This document shows, piece after piece, positions 14,297-22,440 of a DNA stretch of 41,344 nucleotides. A program made the position numbers and the translations under genes. Numbering within the stretch: position 1 is the stretch's first letter; each line of letters starts with the position of its first letter. Under the pieces are notes generated by a model. It was given only the letters and a program-made list of their open reading frames with translations, did no database searches and was not told where the DNA came from. Source of the DNA: a virus; the IMG/VR virus record IMGVR_UViG_3300022538_000145, positions 1 to 41,344 of that record. One strand, 5' to 3'.

Positions 14297-15123
14297 TCTT
14301 CCTTCTCCTTGCTGGTGCAGGTGGCTTTGTAATCATAGTCTTTTGGGGGTATCTCAAGCATCATACTTTTTTCCTTCATATAGAACTGAACCCATTGAAT
14401 GTCTCTTGCCTCTATCCTTGCATCACACAGGGCTACGGCTGCTTCGTTGACACTCAACCCGAACTCTGCCTTCTCATCAGCACATAACTTGTCCATTATT
14501 GAGGCGGTCAAGGCATCTTGGGCTTCACGGTTAAGTTGGTTATAGTGATTATCAAAAGTATCCTCAATTCCGTGTTCCCTGACATTACACCAAGTTGTAT
14601 CATTGCCCTTATACATATCAACAAACTTCTCACGATGGTAATTAATTAAATCTTCCTTTGTCAGCAACCTTGACTGGTCGAGCTTGGGTTCAAATGGCCG
14701 AACCTGGTCACAAGTAGGACATCGTAGTTTATTTCTGAGTATTAACATGCCACAGTGCTGACAAGGAATAAAGTCGGGCTTGAGTTCAAATAGCTGGCAG
14801 ATTTTAGAGGGGAAATCTTCCGTTAGCACCTTTACATCAACAGGTTTCGTAAAAGGTTCGGGTGCAAATTCTGTACTGCATAAGTATTGACGGATTTCTA
14901 ATACTATCTCTTTTACTCTCTCAATCTTATCCTGTTTAGGCTTGGGTTCAATCATTGTTGCATGACCATCCATCGGCATATCAGAGGGTTCGGGCTTATA
15001 CATCGCCTTATAATAAGATATAAGCGCTGGATTATTGGCTTGCTTGGATAACAGCTTGCGTCTTTCTTTTACAGGAAGCGCAAAAAATTCTTTCCTATTT
15101 AGTCGGTCTTTTCCCATCTTCAA
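14293..15123 (-). CDS. Hypothetical protein with an internal zinc ribbon.
   Basis: 276 aa. The ribbon is CQHCGMLILRNKLRCPTC. Confidence 0.6.
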   Translation of the reverse strand: MKMGKDRLNRKEFFALPVKERRKLLSKQANNPALISYYKAMYKPEPSDMPMDGHATMIEPKPKQDKIERVKEIVLEIRQYLCSTEFAPEPFTKPVDVKVLTEDFPSKICQLFELKPDFIPCQHCGMLILRNKLRCPTCDQVRPFEPKLDQSRLLTKEDLINYHREKFVDMYKGNDTTWCNVREHGIEDTFDNHYNQLNREAQDALTASIMDKLCADEKAEFGLSVNEAAVALCDARIEARDIQWVQFYMKEKSMMLEIPPKDYDYKATCTSKEKEE

Positions 15124-15141
15124 ACTCCTTTACTATCTGGT

Positions 15142-15624
15142 CTAGTGTTTATCCTTGGTGGCTACGAGGGCTATCTTATGTATTATATCTTTGGGCGGTG
15201 CCACTATCGGTATGCCGACTGACTGTGCGGTTTTTATTACATCTACGCCCATAGCTTCAGGGCAGTAAGTAATCTTCAATCCGTTTTCGTGAACCAACGT
15301 ACTTACCAGAGATATTAGTGCCTTGTTTACTTTCGGTTGCCAATACAATAGACATCGGGCTTGGCGTTGCGACCAATGGGGGTTTCTCTCTATCATTCTT
15401 TCGGCGTGTTCATTGAGGTTGAAGGATACGCACACGAGCCGTAGTTCCCCCGTGTCTTTTAGCCAATCTTCTATATACTCTACCTGGGGTGGGCAGATAG
15501 GCTTCTTGCCGAAATTAGGGCAACCCTTTGGGTGGTCAGGGTAAGGCAGAACGCACCACTTTCTAGCCTCGTAATCAACCACCAATTTATCAGTAACATC
15601 CTCAATTATCATTATCCACACCAT
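15142..15624 (-). CDS. Cys-rich putative metal-binding protein, possibly DUF2284-like.
   Basis: The motif CVLPYPDHPKGCPNFGKKPICPP resembles, from memory, the GCPNYGK..CPP signature. ATG 15612 is an alternative start that overlaps the upstream TAA. Confidence 0.35.
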   Translation of the reverse strand: MVWIMIIEDVTDKLVVDYEARKWCVLPYPDHPKGCPNFGKKPICPPQVEYIEDWLKDTGELRLVCVSFNLNEHAERMIERNPHWSQRQARCLLYWQPKVNKALISLVSTLVHENGLKITYCPEAMGVDVIKTAQSVGIPIVAPPKDIIHKIALVATKDKH

Positions 15625-15920
15625 TGCTTTACGGCATTGTCGCCATCGTATTCGTGCAACATATTCTTATCAAGAAACGGCAGGGCTTTGGAACACCAAC
15701 CGTTCTGCATATTACAAGGACACTCTTTGACATTACAGCCAAATCTATACAGTTTGGTTTTCCTGTCGTATGCAAGCAAAATCATCAAATCTTCGGACGG
15801 AATATGAGTTGCCCCGCTTTCCCGCAGGCGTATATCTTCTCTGCACTTGCCACAATAGGCTTGAAATTCCCGCCCGCACCTTTCACATACGCCCATTCTT
15901 AAAATCCTCCAATATTTCAT
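15612..15920 (-). CDS. Cys-rich small protein.
   Basis: 102 aa, with the clusters CERCG...CGKC and CNVKECPC. Confidence 0.55.
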   Translation of the reverse strand: MKYWRILRMGVCERCGREFQAYCGKCREDIRLRESGATHIPSEDLMILLAYDRKTKLYRFGCNVKECPCNMQNGWCSKALPFLDKNMLHEYDGDNAVKQWCG

Positions 15921-15986
15921 TCACTGTTTTAGTCTCAAGGACTCCATTCCTCACCGAGTATGTATTTTGCAATCCAACGAACAATC

Positions 15987-16313
15987 CTATTGATAAGGCT
16001 GCCCATCTTTCCACTCCTCAATTATTTCCTTTATCTCTTTAGTCTCTTCATAGCCTGTGCCTTTGCAGGTGGGGCAATCTATGATTTCTGTATAAATATC
16101 GCCTACCGCGTCACGCCCATTTTCCTTTGAAACTTTTTTGTCACCCTTACACTCTGGGCAAACTCCACCTCCACGACTTATTGCGAGGGAGAGGATTTGG
16201 TCGGCTATATTACGAGTTTCTTGCATTGTCGGCACTGCACTCTTGATTGTAATCTTGGGGATATTCCAATAGAGAACGTCTGCTACTTGCTCTCTTATAT
16301 CCTGTTCAGCCAT
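15987..16313 (-). CDS. Small protein with two DnaJ-type CxxCxG zinc knuckles.
   Basis: The knuckles are CPECKGDKK and CPTCKGTGY. Confidence 0.55.
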   Translation of the reverse strand: MAEQDIREQVADVLYWNIPKITIKSAVPTMQETRNIADQILSLAISRGGGVCPECKGDKKVSKENGRDAVGDIYTEIIDCPTCKGTGYEETKEIKEIIEEWKDGQPYQ

Positions 16314-16531
16314 TATGAGCCTCCCCTCAACTTCTTATCCAGTTCTATCTTTCTGTCAAGGCAACCTTTACACCAGCCCACATCTATAAGGCAAGGTTGC
16401 CCACAAGCCCCGCATTCACTGCAATCATCTGGCAAGTATCCTCCACCGCTACCTCCACGAGATGGTGACATCTGCAAGCACATATATTCTGCCCGTTCGT
16501 CTTTGGTAAGGTTATTCCAATTTGGTGCCAT
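16313..16531 (-). CDS. Cys-rich small protein.
   Basis: 72 aa, with the cluster CSECGACGQPC...WCKGC. Confidence 0.55.
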   Translation of the reverse strand: MAPNWNNLTKDERAEYMCLQMSPSRGGSGGGYLPDDCSECGACGQPCLIDVGWCKGCLDRKIELDKKLRGGS

Positions 16532-16553
16532 TACTTACCTCCTGCCAGTTGAA

Positions 16554-16709
16554 TTACTCATCTTTCTTATATAAATCATATTGCCCTTCTTCCGCATCGC
16601 TATCATCTGACTTTCGTGTATAGTAGCCGATGTCTTTAAGCCTTCTGTTAAAAGCCTCAATGTCTTCAGGGAATAAACTTAAAAAATAAATCTCGCCTAA
16701 ATACATCAT
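16554..16709 (-). CDS. Small acidic protein (51 aa).
   Basis: I moved the start to ATG 16709 (MMYLGEIYF), which overlaps the upstream TGA as ATGA. The track start is 16784. Confidence 0.45.
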   Translation of the reverse strand: MMYLGEIYFLSLFPEDIEAFNRRLKDIGYYTRKSDDSDAEEGQYDLYKKDE

Positions 16710-17059
16710 TTCTCTCCTGCCAGTTGATTGAGGTTTTCCGATTGGGCTATTACAGTAGTGATAATATCTTGGACTTCTTCCCATTCAGTATCCCCAAATG
16801 CCTGTTGCATAATAAAGAATATCCTGCTGTCTCTACACTCGTCAAAGTGCTTGGCAACATTGCGGGCAAAATCTAATAAAGTCTGATAATCTTTCACCAC
16901 CATCTTCAATGTTTCCCGAAAGGTTGCCCGTGCTATAACTCTGTCCCATTCTGTAACCTCGTAGTCTGTATGTTTGTATAAATCCTTCTCAACCTTGTAC
17001 CGTTCTATTTGTATCTGTTCATCCGTAAGTATCTGCGGTTTAGTCAGTTGGTTTTTCAT
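16706..17059 (-). CDS. Hypothetical protein.
   Basis: 117-aa ORF with a 4-nt overlap onto the upstream gene. Confidence 0.6.
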   Translation of the reverse strand: MKNQLTKPQILTDEQIQIERYKVEKDLYKHTDYEVTEWDRVIARATFRETLKMVVKDYQTLLDFARNVAKHFDECRDSRIFFIMQQAFGDTEWEEVQDIITTVIAQSENLNQLAGEK

Positions 17060-17445
17060 TCTCTCTTCAGTACCTCCATCAGTTCATCTACTCCCCTGAC
17101 AATGGCATACCGGCAGTTGAACTTGCTAGCCTTCTTTTCAAACTCAAGCTGGACTGGGGCTTGCTTCCCCTTGCTACTCTTACACTCAATATAGGTAACA
17201 AAGACAACCGGAACCACCGGTCCCTTCTGTTTGCCCATATACTCAAGGTGTACCTCACCAGCTTGGTAGACAACGAAGTCTGCGGTCCCTGCCTCAGCCC
17301 CCTTTATCCGGCGTCTGCTACCACCACGAACCTCAATGAAGTCGCCGGCATTGAGGCGATTAAACATCAACTTACCTTGATTGGCAGCATACTGAAGATA
17401 GTCCTCAACGCCCTTCTTGACTTCAGCTTCGCTTAGGTTAATCAT
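17056..17445 (-). CDS. VRR-NUC domain nuclease.
   Basis: GTADFVVY ... VTYIECKSSKGKQAPVQLEF ... AIVRGVDEL fits the PD-(D/E)xK core D...ExK of VRR-NUC. Confidence 0.65.
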   Translation of the reverse strand: MINLSEAEVKKGVEDYLQYAANQGKLMFNRLNAGDFIEVRGGSRRRIKGAEAGTADFVVYQAGEVHLEYMGKQKGPVVPVVFVTYIECKSSKGKQAPVQLEFEKKASKFNCRYAIVRGVDELMEVLKRE

Positions 17446-17566
17446 TTTTTCTCCTGAAATGAAGTGCTACAAATATCCACAAGCCTATGTATAGCGTATT
17501 ATTCAGCCAAGCAATACCAAAAACCCACTCGGGCATCCCCTTCGTCAACCTGAAATTCCAACTCAT
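17438..17566 (-). CDS. Small membrane protein (42 aa); not in the track.
   Basis: Hand-translated as MSWNFRLTKGMPEWVFGIAWLNNTLYIGLWIFVALHFRRKND. It has an ATGA overlap with the upstream gene, and its 3' end overlaps the next start. Confidence 0.45.
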   Translation of the reverse strand: MSWNFRLTKGMPEWVFGIAWLNNTLYIGLWIFVALHFRRKND

Positions 17567-18366
17567 TCTTTCCTCCACGTTCGGTATTCCGGGGCCTCAA
17601 TGGTAACGTGCCAACTGGCTGTGAATCTCAGGAGCCGGCTGCCTATCCTGTGCTCATCATCACCGGGCAAGTTCTTCAGTTCTTTATTAGTAGTAACTAC
17701 CAATGGTAAATCGTTCACGCTCCGGTGGTCGATAATCATCATCAGCTTCTCCATCGCCCAGGGAGTAGGGACCTGAGCCCCGATATCATCGAGGACAAGG
17801 AGATCTACATTCATAATGAAGTTCAGCTTCAGGTCATAGGAATCCTCACCCTCTTTGCTATAACCCCGGCGCAGCTCATCGAGCATCATAGGGACCAGAA
17901 TGTACCGGGCCGGCTTACCTCGTTCTAACCAGCGCCGGCAGATGGCGACGGCCAGGTGACTCTTACCACGATCCGCCCTGCTTAGTAGTGATAGCCACCG
18001 GGTATCATCCTTCTCTTCAGCCAAAGCAAGAGCCGCATCCTTCGCTTCCTTCAGGCTGGGCCATCGCTTATCAACCTGGAAGTTCTCAAACGTCCACTTG
18101 GTAGTACCGGCTGGGAGTTCACACATCTTGATGAGCAAATCCCTTCGCTGCTTTAGTACCATATCCTTCATGCAGCCACAGGTGATAACCTGAGAGTAGT
18201 CTACCCGGCCATTCTCTACCGGGTGTACGACACCAGCTCCATGACAGATAAGGCAGTCGCTCTCTAATTCCTCTTCAGTCGATGGGTCCGGTTGTACTTG
18301 CTTTGAGGGCCTCGGTTGAGGTATCTCCAACTTTTCTAGTCCGCCCTCGCCTCGATTGCTCGTCAA
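17563..18366 (-). CDS. DnaC/IstB-like AAA+ helicase loader with an N-terminal zinc finger.
   Basis: Walker A-like RADRGKSHLAVAI and Walker B LLVLDDIG. The N-terminus carries CLICHGAG...CGC. The start is TTG, preceded by GAGGGGGTG 7 nt upstream. Confidence 0.7.
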   Translation of the reverse strand: MTSNRGEGGLEKLEIPQPRPSKQVQPDPSTEEELESDCLICHGAGVVHPVENGRVDYSQVITCGCMKDMVLKQRRDLLIKMCELPAGTTKWTFENFQVDKRWPSLKEAKDAALALAEEKDDTRWLSLLSRADRGKSHLAVAICRRWLERGKPARYILVPMMLDELRRGYSKEGEDSYDLKLNFIMNVDLLVLDDIGAQVPTPWAMEKLMMIIDHRSVNDLPLVVTTNKELKNLPGDDEHRIGSRLLRFTASWHVTIEAPEYRTWRKE

Positions 18367-19000
18367 GTGGATTCACCCCCTCAACTTTCCAGTCTTCCAG
18401 AATCTTCGCAATATAACTTATTGGTGCTCGAGCCTTATTCTTGACAGCCTCATCGGTGGCCTTCTCAACCCAGCCGTCCGGATAGTTATCGGCAAAATCT
18501 TTCAGGCGCATCAGGTCATTCGTAGTGAGCATACGCCGGGCCACTTCCTCGTAATACTTTATCATGCCGGCTACTTTCAGGTCGTCGGTTTCAGTAATCT
18601 CATTATTGGAGACAGCCGATAGAGGTAGGCTACCACCGGGGCGCTGAGGCAATTCAACCTTTCTCCTGGCATAAAGGGCAACGTGCTCATCAACGAAGTG
18701 CTGCACCCATATAATCTTCTTCCCCCACATTCCCTTATCTATCATATCGAGTGAGGCAAATGTTTCAAGTATCTGTTTTGCCTTCTCTTCCTTGACAAGA
18801 GTATATGTTAGCAGAAACAGCCAGCTACCCTCATCACTGTAGTCAAAAACGTGGCCTTCGGTCTTGCCTAGAATCTCTAGCATCTTGAACCAGAAAGCGT
18901 AGCCTTCATTCCCATACTGCGCTTCTACTATGGCAAGCGTCTTACTGTGATTGCAGTAGTGAGGGAAGTAATCGACTGTCTGCTTCTTTGGCCTAGCCAT
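18275..19000 (-). CDS. Replication initiation protein: DUF4373 (Lin1244-like) N-terminal domain plus a DnaD-like C-terminal domain.
   Basis: The N-terminal part is TVDYFPHYCNHSKTLAIVEAQYGNEGYAFWFKMLEIL. The C-terminal part is ISYIAKILEDWKVEGV. Confidence 0.75.
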   Translation of the reverse strand: MARPKKQTVDYFPHYCNHSKTLAIVEAQYGNEGYAFWFKMLEILGKTEGHVFDYSDEGSWLFLLTYTLVKEEKAKQILETFASLDMIDKGMWGKKIIWVQHFVDEHVALYARRKVELPQRPGGSLPLSAVSNNEITETDDLKVAGMIKYYEEVARRMLTTNDLMRLKDFADNYPDGWVEKATDEAVKNKARAPISYIAKILEDWKVEGVNPLDEQSRRGRTRKVGDTSTEALKASTTGPID

Positions 19001-19427
19001 TGAGAGCCCTCATATCTAAATACATTTGTGCTAGTTGTTCCCACCGGTATTGCTTATGTGCAAGGTGATACATATTAGAAAACTCACCCTTCGGCCAGTC
19101 TCCTATGATAATTAACTTGCCACCTTTACCCCGGATAAAGCCGGCCTCAAGGTGTGAATCCCGGCCGCTCGGTAGTACCAAGAGACAGCAGTTCGCCCAC
19201 ATAAGTCCGTCGAAGTCTATCTTGAAAGCCTTGCTTGAGTCCTCGAGTTCTAATGCGGTAATGCCATCATCGTCAGGAGTAGCTACGTCCTGCCACATAA
19301 ATATATGTTGCTTGTCGCCCTCTTCAGCGAAACAGTATACCTCTTGTTCAGCTATATTACGGAGTTGCCTCGCCAAGTCCTCGACTAACTGCCTATTCTT
19401 CCAGCTTGAAGCTATGTAGATTTTCAT
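18993..19427 (-). CDS. Nucleoside 2-deoxyribosyltransferase / DNPH1-like fold protein.
   Basis: MKIYIASSW at the N-terminus and VLPSGRDSHLEAGFIRGKGGKLIII match the pattern of that fold. The SD is GAGAGGA. Confidence 0.5.
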   Translation of the reverse strand: MKIYIASSWKNRQLVEDLARQLRNIAEQEVYCFAEEGDKQHIFMWQDVATPDDDGITALELEDSSKAFKIDFDGLMWANCCLLVLPSGRDSHLEAGFIRGKGGKLIIIGDWPKGEFSNMYHLAHKQYRWEQLAQMYLDMRALNG

Positions 19428-19445
19428 TGCTTATCCTCTCACCAC

Positions 19446-19468
19446 CGGGCAGGACCGGCTCCTGCCCG
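19446..19468 (-). other. Intercistronic GC-rich hairpin.
   Basis: CGGGCAGG pairs with CCTGCCCG (8-bp stem, 7-nt loop). It lies between the RecT-like and deoxyribosyltransferase-like genes. No U-tract follows. Confidence 0.5.
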
Positions 19469-19487
19469 ACAGTCAGGGTATAAACTG

Positions 19488-20615
19488 CTACTGCTCTTTC
19501 TCAAAATAATCTTTCAACTCATCGAACTGCCACTGGTGCAGTTCACTCAGCTTCCGGATATTCCAGCCCTTTTCCTTGAGACAGTATTGGCTCATTTCAG
19601 GAAGTCCCCAGCCCTTAATCGCCATCTGTTCGTAGATATACTTGAGCTGCTCGGCCTCAATGACAGTCTCATCCTTCTCGGCTGGCGGTGTAGGTTCAGG
19701 CTCGGGCTCAGTTTCCGGCTCCAATTCTGCCTGTTTCTTGCCTTTGGACTTCGGCTTCGGCTTCTCTTCCTCGATGACTGTGCCTTCGCCCTCGATTATC
19801 TCACCGGTTATCTGGTCAACATTCGGCACTTCAGCGTAGGCAGCGTCGATAACCTCGACTTGTGGTATGGGCTTACCAGGTAGCCGGTCCATTGCCTGAC
19901 GTTCTGATCGGATATTGGCCATATTCCGCTTCGTATTACCTTTGTCCATACCATAGGGATTCTCGTCTTTAGAGTATAGACCGAAGCCGATAGCCAGGTT
20001 ACCACCTTCCCCCTGAAGCTTAGTGACTGAAATGACATTTGCTTTGGCTTCATCGCTATCCTTGCCGAACTGCCTTTCAATTTCTTTCTCAGTGGCAGCT
20101 CGAGGGGTATCCTCAAGGAAAGAGAATTCACCTTTCAAATTGTGTGCCATCTTCCGGCTTGCCGGAATACCCACTACCATGACGTGCTTGCCTTTGAAGG
20201 GTATAAGGTAGACTTCCTTTGCCAGTGGGTGAAGCCCGAAGTCACGACAGAATATGGCGGTCCTGATAATCTCATTATCCGGCACATCAGGGTAAACCAG
20301 CTTCAGAATGTGCATGGCCTGTGGCTGAGTGAGTTGCCCCTGTCTTGGTATTGTGGCTAGTGCTGTTGAAGCACCCTGTCCTGTCTTCTTTTCCAATTCC
20401 ATTTCCCTCCTTATCTTAGATTCGTAGTCTTCTCTTGGCGGTTTGTATTCCCTTGCTATACCCTTATGCACCTGACCAGAGCAAGCAACGTAAGTACGAC
20501 CATCGAAAGTGTCTAAGTAAAGTGAGAGTTGCCTCCCACACTCAGCACAGACATTGTTCTGGCGTATCTTCTTCAGGTTCTCGTTGCTCTGGTCTTCAGG
20601 GTAATAGTGCATCAT
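19488..20615 (-). CDS. RecT-family-like single-strand annealing protein with an N-terminal zinc ribbon and an acidic, Pro-rich linker.
   Basis: The core FCRDFGLHPLAKEVYLIPFKGKHVMVVGIPASRKMAH ... NMANIRSERQAMDRL resembles RecT motifs. Confidence 0.55.
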   Translation of the reverse strand: MMHYYPEDQSNENLKKIRQNNVCAECGRQLSLYLDTFDGRTYVACSGQVHKGIAREYKPPREDYESKIRREMELEKKTGQGASTALATIPRQGQLTQPQAMHILKLVYPDVPDNEIIRTAIFCRDFGLHPLAKEVYLIPFKGKHVMVVGIPASRKMAHNLKGEFSFLEDTPRAATEKEIERQFGKDSDEAKANVISVTKLQGEGGNLAIGFGLYSKDENPYGMDKGNTKRNMANIRSERQAMDRLPGKPIPQVEVIDAAYAEVPNVDQITGEIIEGEGTVIEEEKPKPKSKGKKQAELEPETEPEPEPTPPAEKDETVIEAEQLKYIYEQMAIKGWGLPEMSQYCLKEKGWNIRKLSELHQWQFDELKDYFEKEQ

Positions 20616-21052
20616 TCCACCTTTAGAAGTTCAGTTGCTATGGTCGCCTGTGGCTCTTCAGTGATGGTGACAAATGAGGGTCGTGTTTCAGAAGCCGTCT
20701 TTACGATTTGCTCAAAGGCCGAGCCATCAAGTTTGAGTGCTATCTTGTGTTCCAGAGCCCACGCAAAAGCATCTTTGCTATCGTAGTTGAGGACTGACCT
20801 GACTCGGATACCGACACCCTGGGCTACCTGTTTCTCACCGGTGTCTGAGTAGAATTGGAGAGCCATTTTCCTGAGCTCATCTTCGGCTTCACCTACATCA
20901 CTATTTGCTTGGGCTACCTCCGAAAAGAAGTCAGTGTGCTCTCCTATGAACGCATCATACATTGACTTCCTTTCATCGGATAGTAACCGGGACTTCTCTC
21001 TCGCCTCCACCACCGCATTGATTAGTCTATTGAGTTCATTCGGCTCTGTCAT
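20612..21052 (-). CDS. Hypothetical coiled-coil protein. Its architecture is reminiscent of Mu Gam-like proteins, but this is unverified.
   Basis: 146 aa, directly upstream of the annealase gene. The SD is AAGGGGGGGT. Confidence 0.4.
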   Translation of the reverse strand: MTEPNELNRLINAVVEAREKSRLLSDERKSMYDAFIGEHTDFFSEVAQANSDVGEAEDELRKMALQFYSDTGEKQVAQGVGIRVRSVLNYDSKDAFAWALEHKIALKLDGSAFEQIVKTASETRPSFVTITEEPQATIATELLKVE

Positions 21053-21078
21053 ATTGTTTACCCCCCCTTTATTTTAGT

Positions 21079-21120
21079 GGGCCGGCCGTTGTATATGAGG
21101 CCCTACCCTCTGACCGGCCC
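21079..21120 (-). other. Nested GC-rich stem-loop in an intergenic gap.
   Basis: GGGCCGG (21079-21085) pairs with CCGGCCC (21114-21120). An inner pair is GAGG/CCTC (21097-21100 with 21107-21110). Confidence 0.4.
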
Positions 21121-21134
21121 GAAAGCAAATGATA

Positions 21135-21437
21135 TCAGTCCTCGTCGATGGTCTTGATGGATACCCGGCTGCCCTCGCTGGTTTCAAAGGCTACTGACTT
21201 GGCTTTGGTAGTCTCCCTTGAGATAATGAAGCGGCCTATCCGGTACGGCGGCACTTCATTCAGGGCGTTAATCGCTTCCTTTGCCTTCTTGTCGGTAGCC
21301 CGGTACTCTTTAGCCTGTGCCTTGCGTAACTGGCGGTCTTCCAAGAGCGCTTCGAGGTCAGGATTGGTCACTATCTTGTCTTCCAGTCCAATCTGTGGTT
21401 TAGTCTTAGTTGGCAAGATACCTCCTTCCTTTATCAA
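21135..21437 (-). CDS. Hypothetical protein.
   Basis: 100-aa ORF with a 4-nt overlap onto the upstream gene. Confidence 0.55.
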   Translation of the reverse strand: MIKEGGILPTKTKPQIGLEDKIVTNPDLEALLEDRQLRKAQAKEYRATDKKAKEAINALNEVPPYRIGRFIISRETTKAKSVAFETSEGSRVSIKTIDED

Positions 21438-21703
21438 TGTGCAATATCAAGCATAGCCAATTTCTCAGCATGGTCTTTGAAGCTCCGCTCAGCCAAGTTC
21501 TTGACTATTACTATAAGTTCTTCCCTAGTATAATCCTCGATAGGCTTTCCGTCATAATACCATCGAGGGATAGCTTCGGGTTGCTTCCATCTTGGTTTGT
21601 CCAAGCACTCTACAATAACTCGGGTACACCCACACTCAGCCACCAAATCCCCCCCGCTATACCTTAGTTTAATAGGCGAACCACACTTTTGACAGATTGG
21701 CAT
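21434..21703 (-). CDS. Small zinc-ribbon protein.
   Basis: The N-terminus reads MPICQKCGSPIKLRYSGGDLVAECGC. Confidence 0.55.
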   Translation of the reverse strand: MPICQKCGSPIKLRYSGGDLVAECGCTRVIVECLDKPRWKQPEAIPRWYYDGKPIEDYTREELIVIVKNLAERSFKDHAEKLAMLDIAH

Positions 21704-21712
21704 ATTCCTTAC

Positions 21713-21991
21713 CTACACGAATTTCTTGACCTTCAGGACTATCTTATCGAGCAGACGCTTGATACCCTTGCTACGGCCATCCTGCGGCTTCTCAGTACGC
21801 AGCTTAGCATCGACGAAGACAGCAGGAAACGCCCGGAGTGCCCTCATCTGGAATACTTCATTGGCAGGGACGATGCCCCCCTTAATCCGGGCCCAGCCGG
21901 TGCGGTTTTTGTACCCGAGCAGCAGTGACATTTCTGTATCATTGAGTCCTCGGGCTACCTGTATTTTCTTGACCTCTTCTAAAATATCCAC
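21713..21991 (-). CDS. Cro/Xre-like HTH regulator, first gene of the early unit, apparently leaderless (GTG start).
   Basis: ARGLNDTEMSLLLGYKNRTGWARIKGG looks like an HTH. GTG 21991 lies 6 nt after the -10 of the promoter at 21998-22027. Confidence 0.5.
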   Translation of the reverse strand: MDILEEVKKIQVARGLNDTEMSLLLGYKNRTGWARIKGGIVPANEVFQMRALRAFPAVFVDAKLRTEKPQDGRSKGIKRLLDKIVLKVKKFV

Positions 21992-21997
21992 GTTAAG

Positions 21998-22027
21998 AGT
22001 GTATCACTCCTGATACTCGATTGTCAA
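21998..22027 (-). promoter_or_regulatory. Extended -10 sigma70-type early promoter with an embedded operator.
   Basis: The minus strand reads TTGACA (22027-22022), then 18 nt, then TACACT (22003-21998), with TG at 22006-22005. The inverted repeat GTATCActccTGATAC (22001-22016) overlaps the spacer and -10. Confidence 0.6.
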
Positions 22028-22075
22028 TACTTTTTAACATTTATTTCACATCTATGATACACCATAAACAAAGAA

Positions 22076-22103
22076 AACGGCCCCTTTGTTTTGAGGGGCC
22101 GTT
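22076..22103 (-). terminator. Rho-independent terminator of the late unit.
   Basis: A perfect 10-bp stem pairs AACGGCCCCT with AGGGGCCGTT around an 8-nt loop. On the minus strand it is followed by TTTCTTTGTTTAT. Confidence 0.75.
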
Positions 22104-22187
22104 AATGTTATAGATGATAGATTGTACTTATGAAGGGAGAACGCTGTCAGAATCAAGCCTCAGCAAGTCTGGTAAGGGTAAGAAAGG

Positions 22188-22439
22188 CTATCCTCGGTGG
22201 AGAAAGTAGTCTATAGCACCCATGACGAGGCCACCGAATACGGCACCAGCTCCACCGGTAATGCCTGCTTCCTTCCGGGTCCGGTTCTCTACCTTCTTTA
22301 ATCTCTTGTCGTGAATGGGGCAGACCTTTGACATATCGTATTGCTGTCTAGCTATGAACTTTATTAACTCTGTTTGATTATCACCTAATTCGTTAAGCTT
22401 TTGCTCGAAGTCCATATCGTTAAGCATATTACTAGACAT
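22188..22439 (-). CDS. Small protein with a single C-terminal transmembrane helix; holin-like by position.
   Basis: I moved the start to ATG 22439 (MSSNMLNDM) with an AAAGGAGAAG SD. The C-terminus is ITGGAGAVFGGLVMGAIDYFL. It is the last gene before the terminator. Confidence 0.35.
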   Translation of the reverse strand: MSSNMLNDMDFEQKLNELGDNQTELIKFIARQQYDMSKVCPIHDKRLKKVENRTRKEAGITGGAGAVFGGLVMGAIDYFLHRG

Positions 22440-22440
22440 A

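Noticed and set aside
22049-22063. A plus-strand promoter using TGATACACC at 22056-22063, which would drive an antisense or small RNA into the terminator hairpin.
   Set aside because: There is no acceptable -35. The transcript would consist of little more than the hairpin, with no U-tract on that strand. It is more simply an extra operator half-site upstream of the early promoter.
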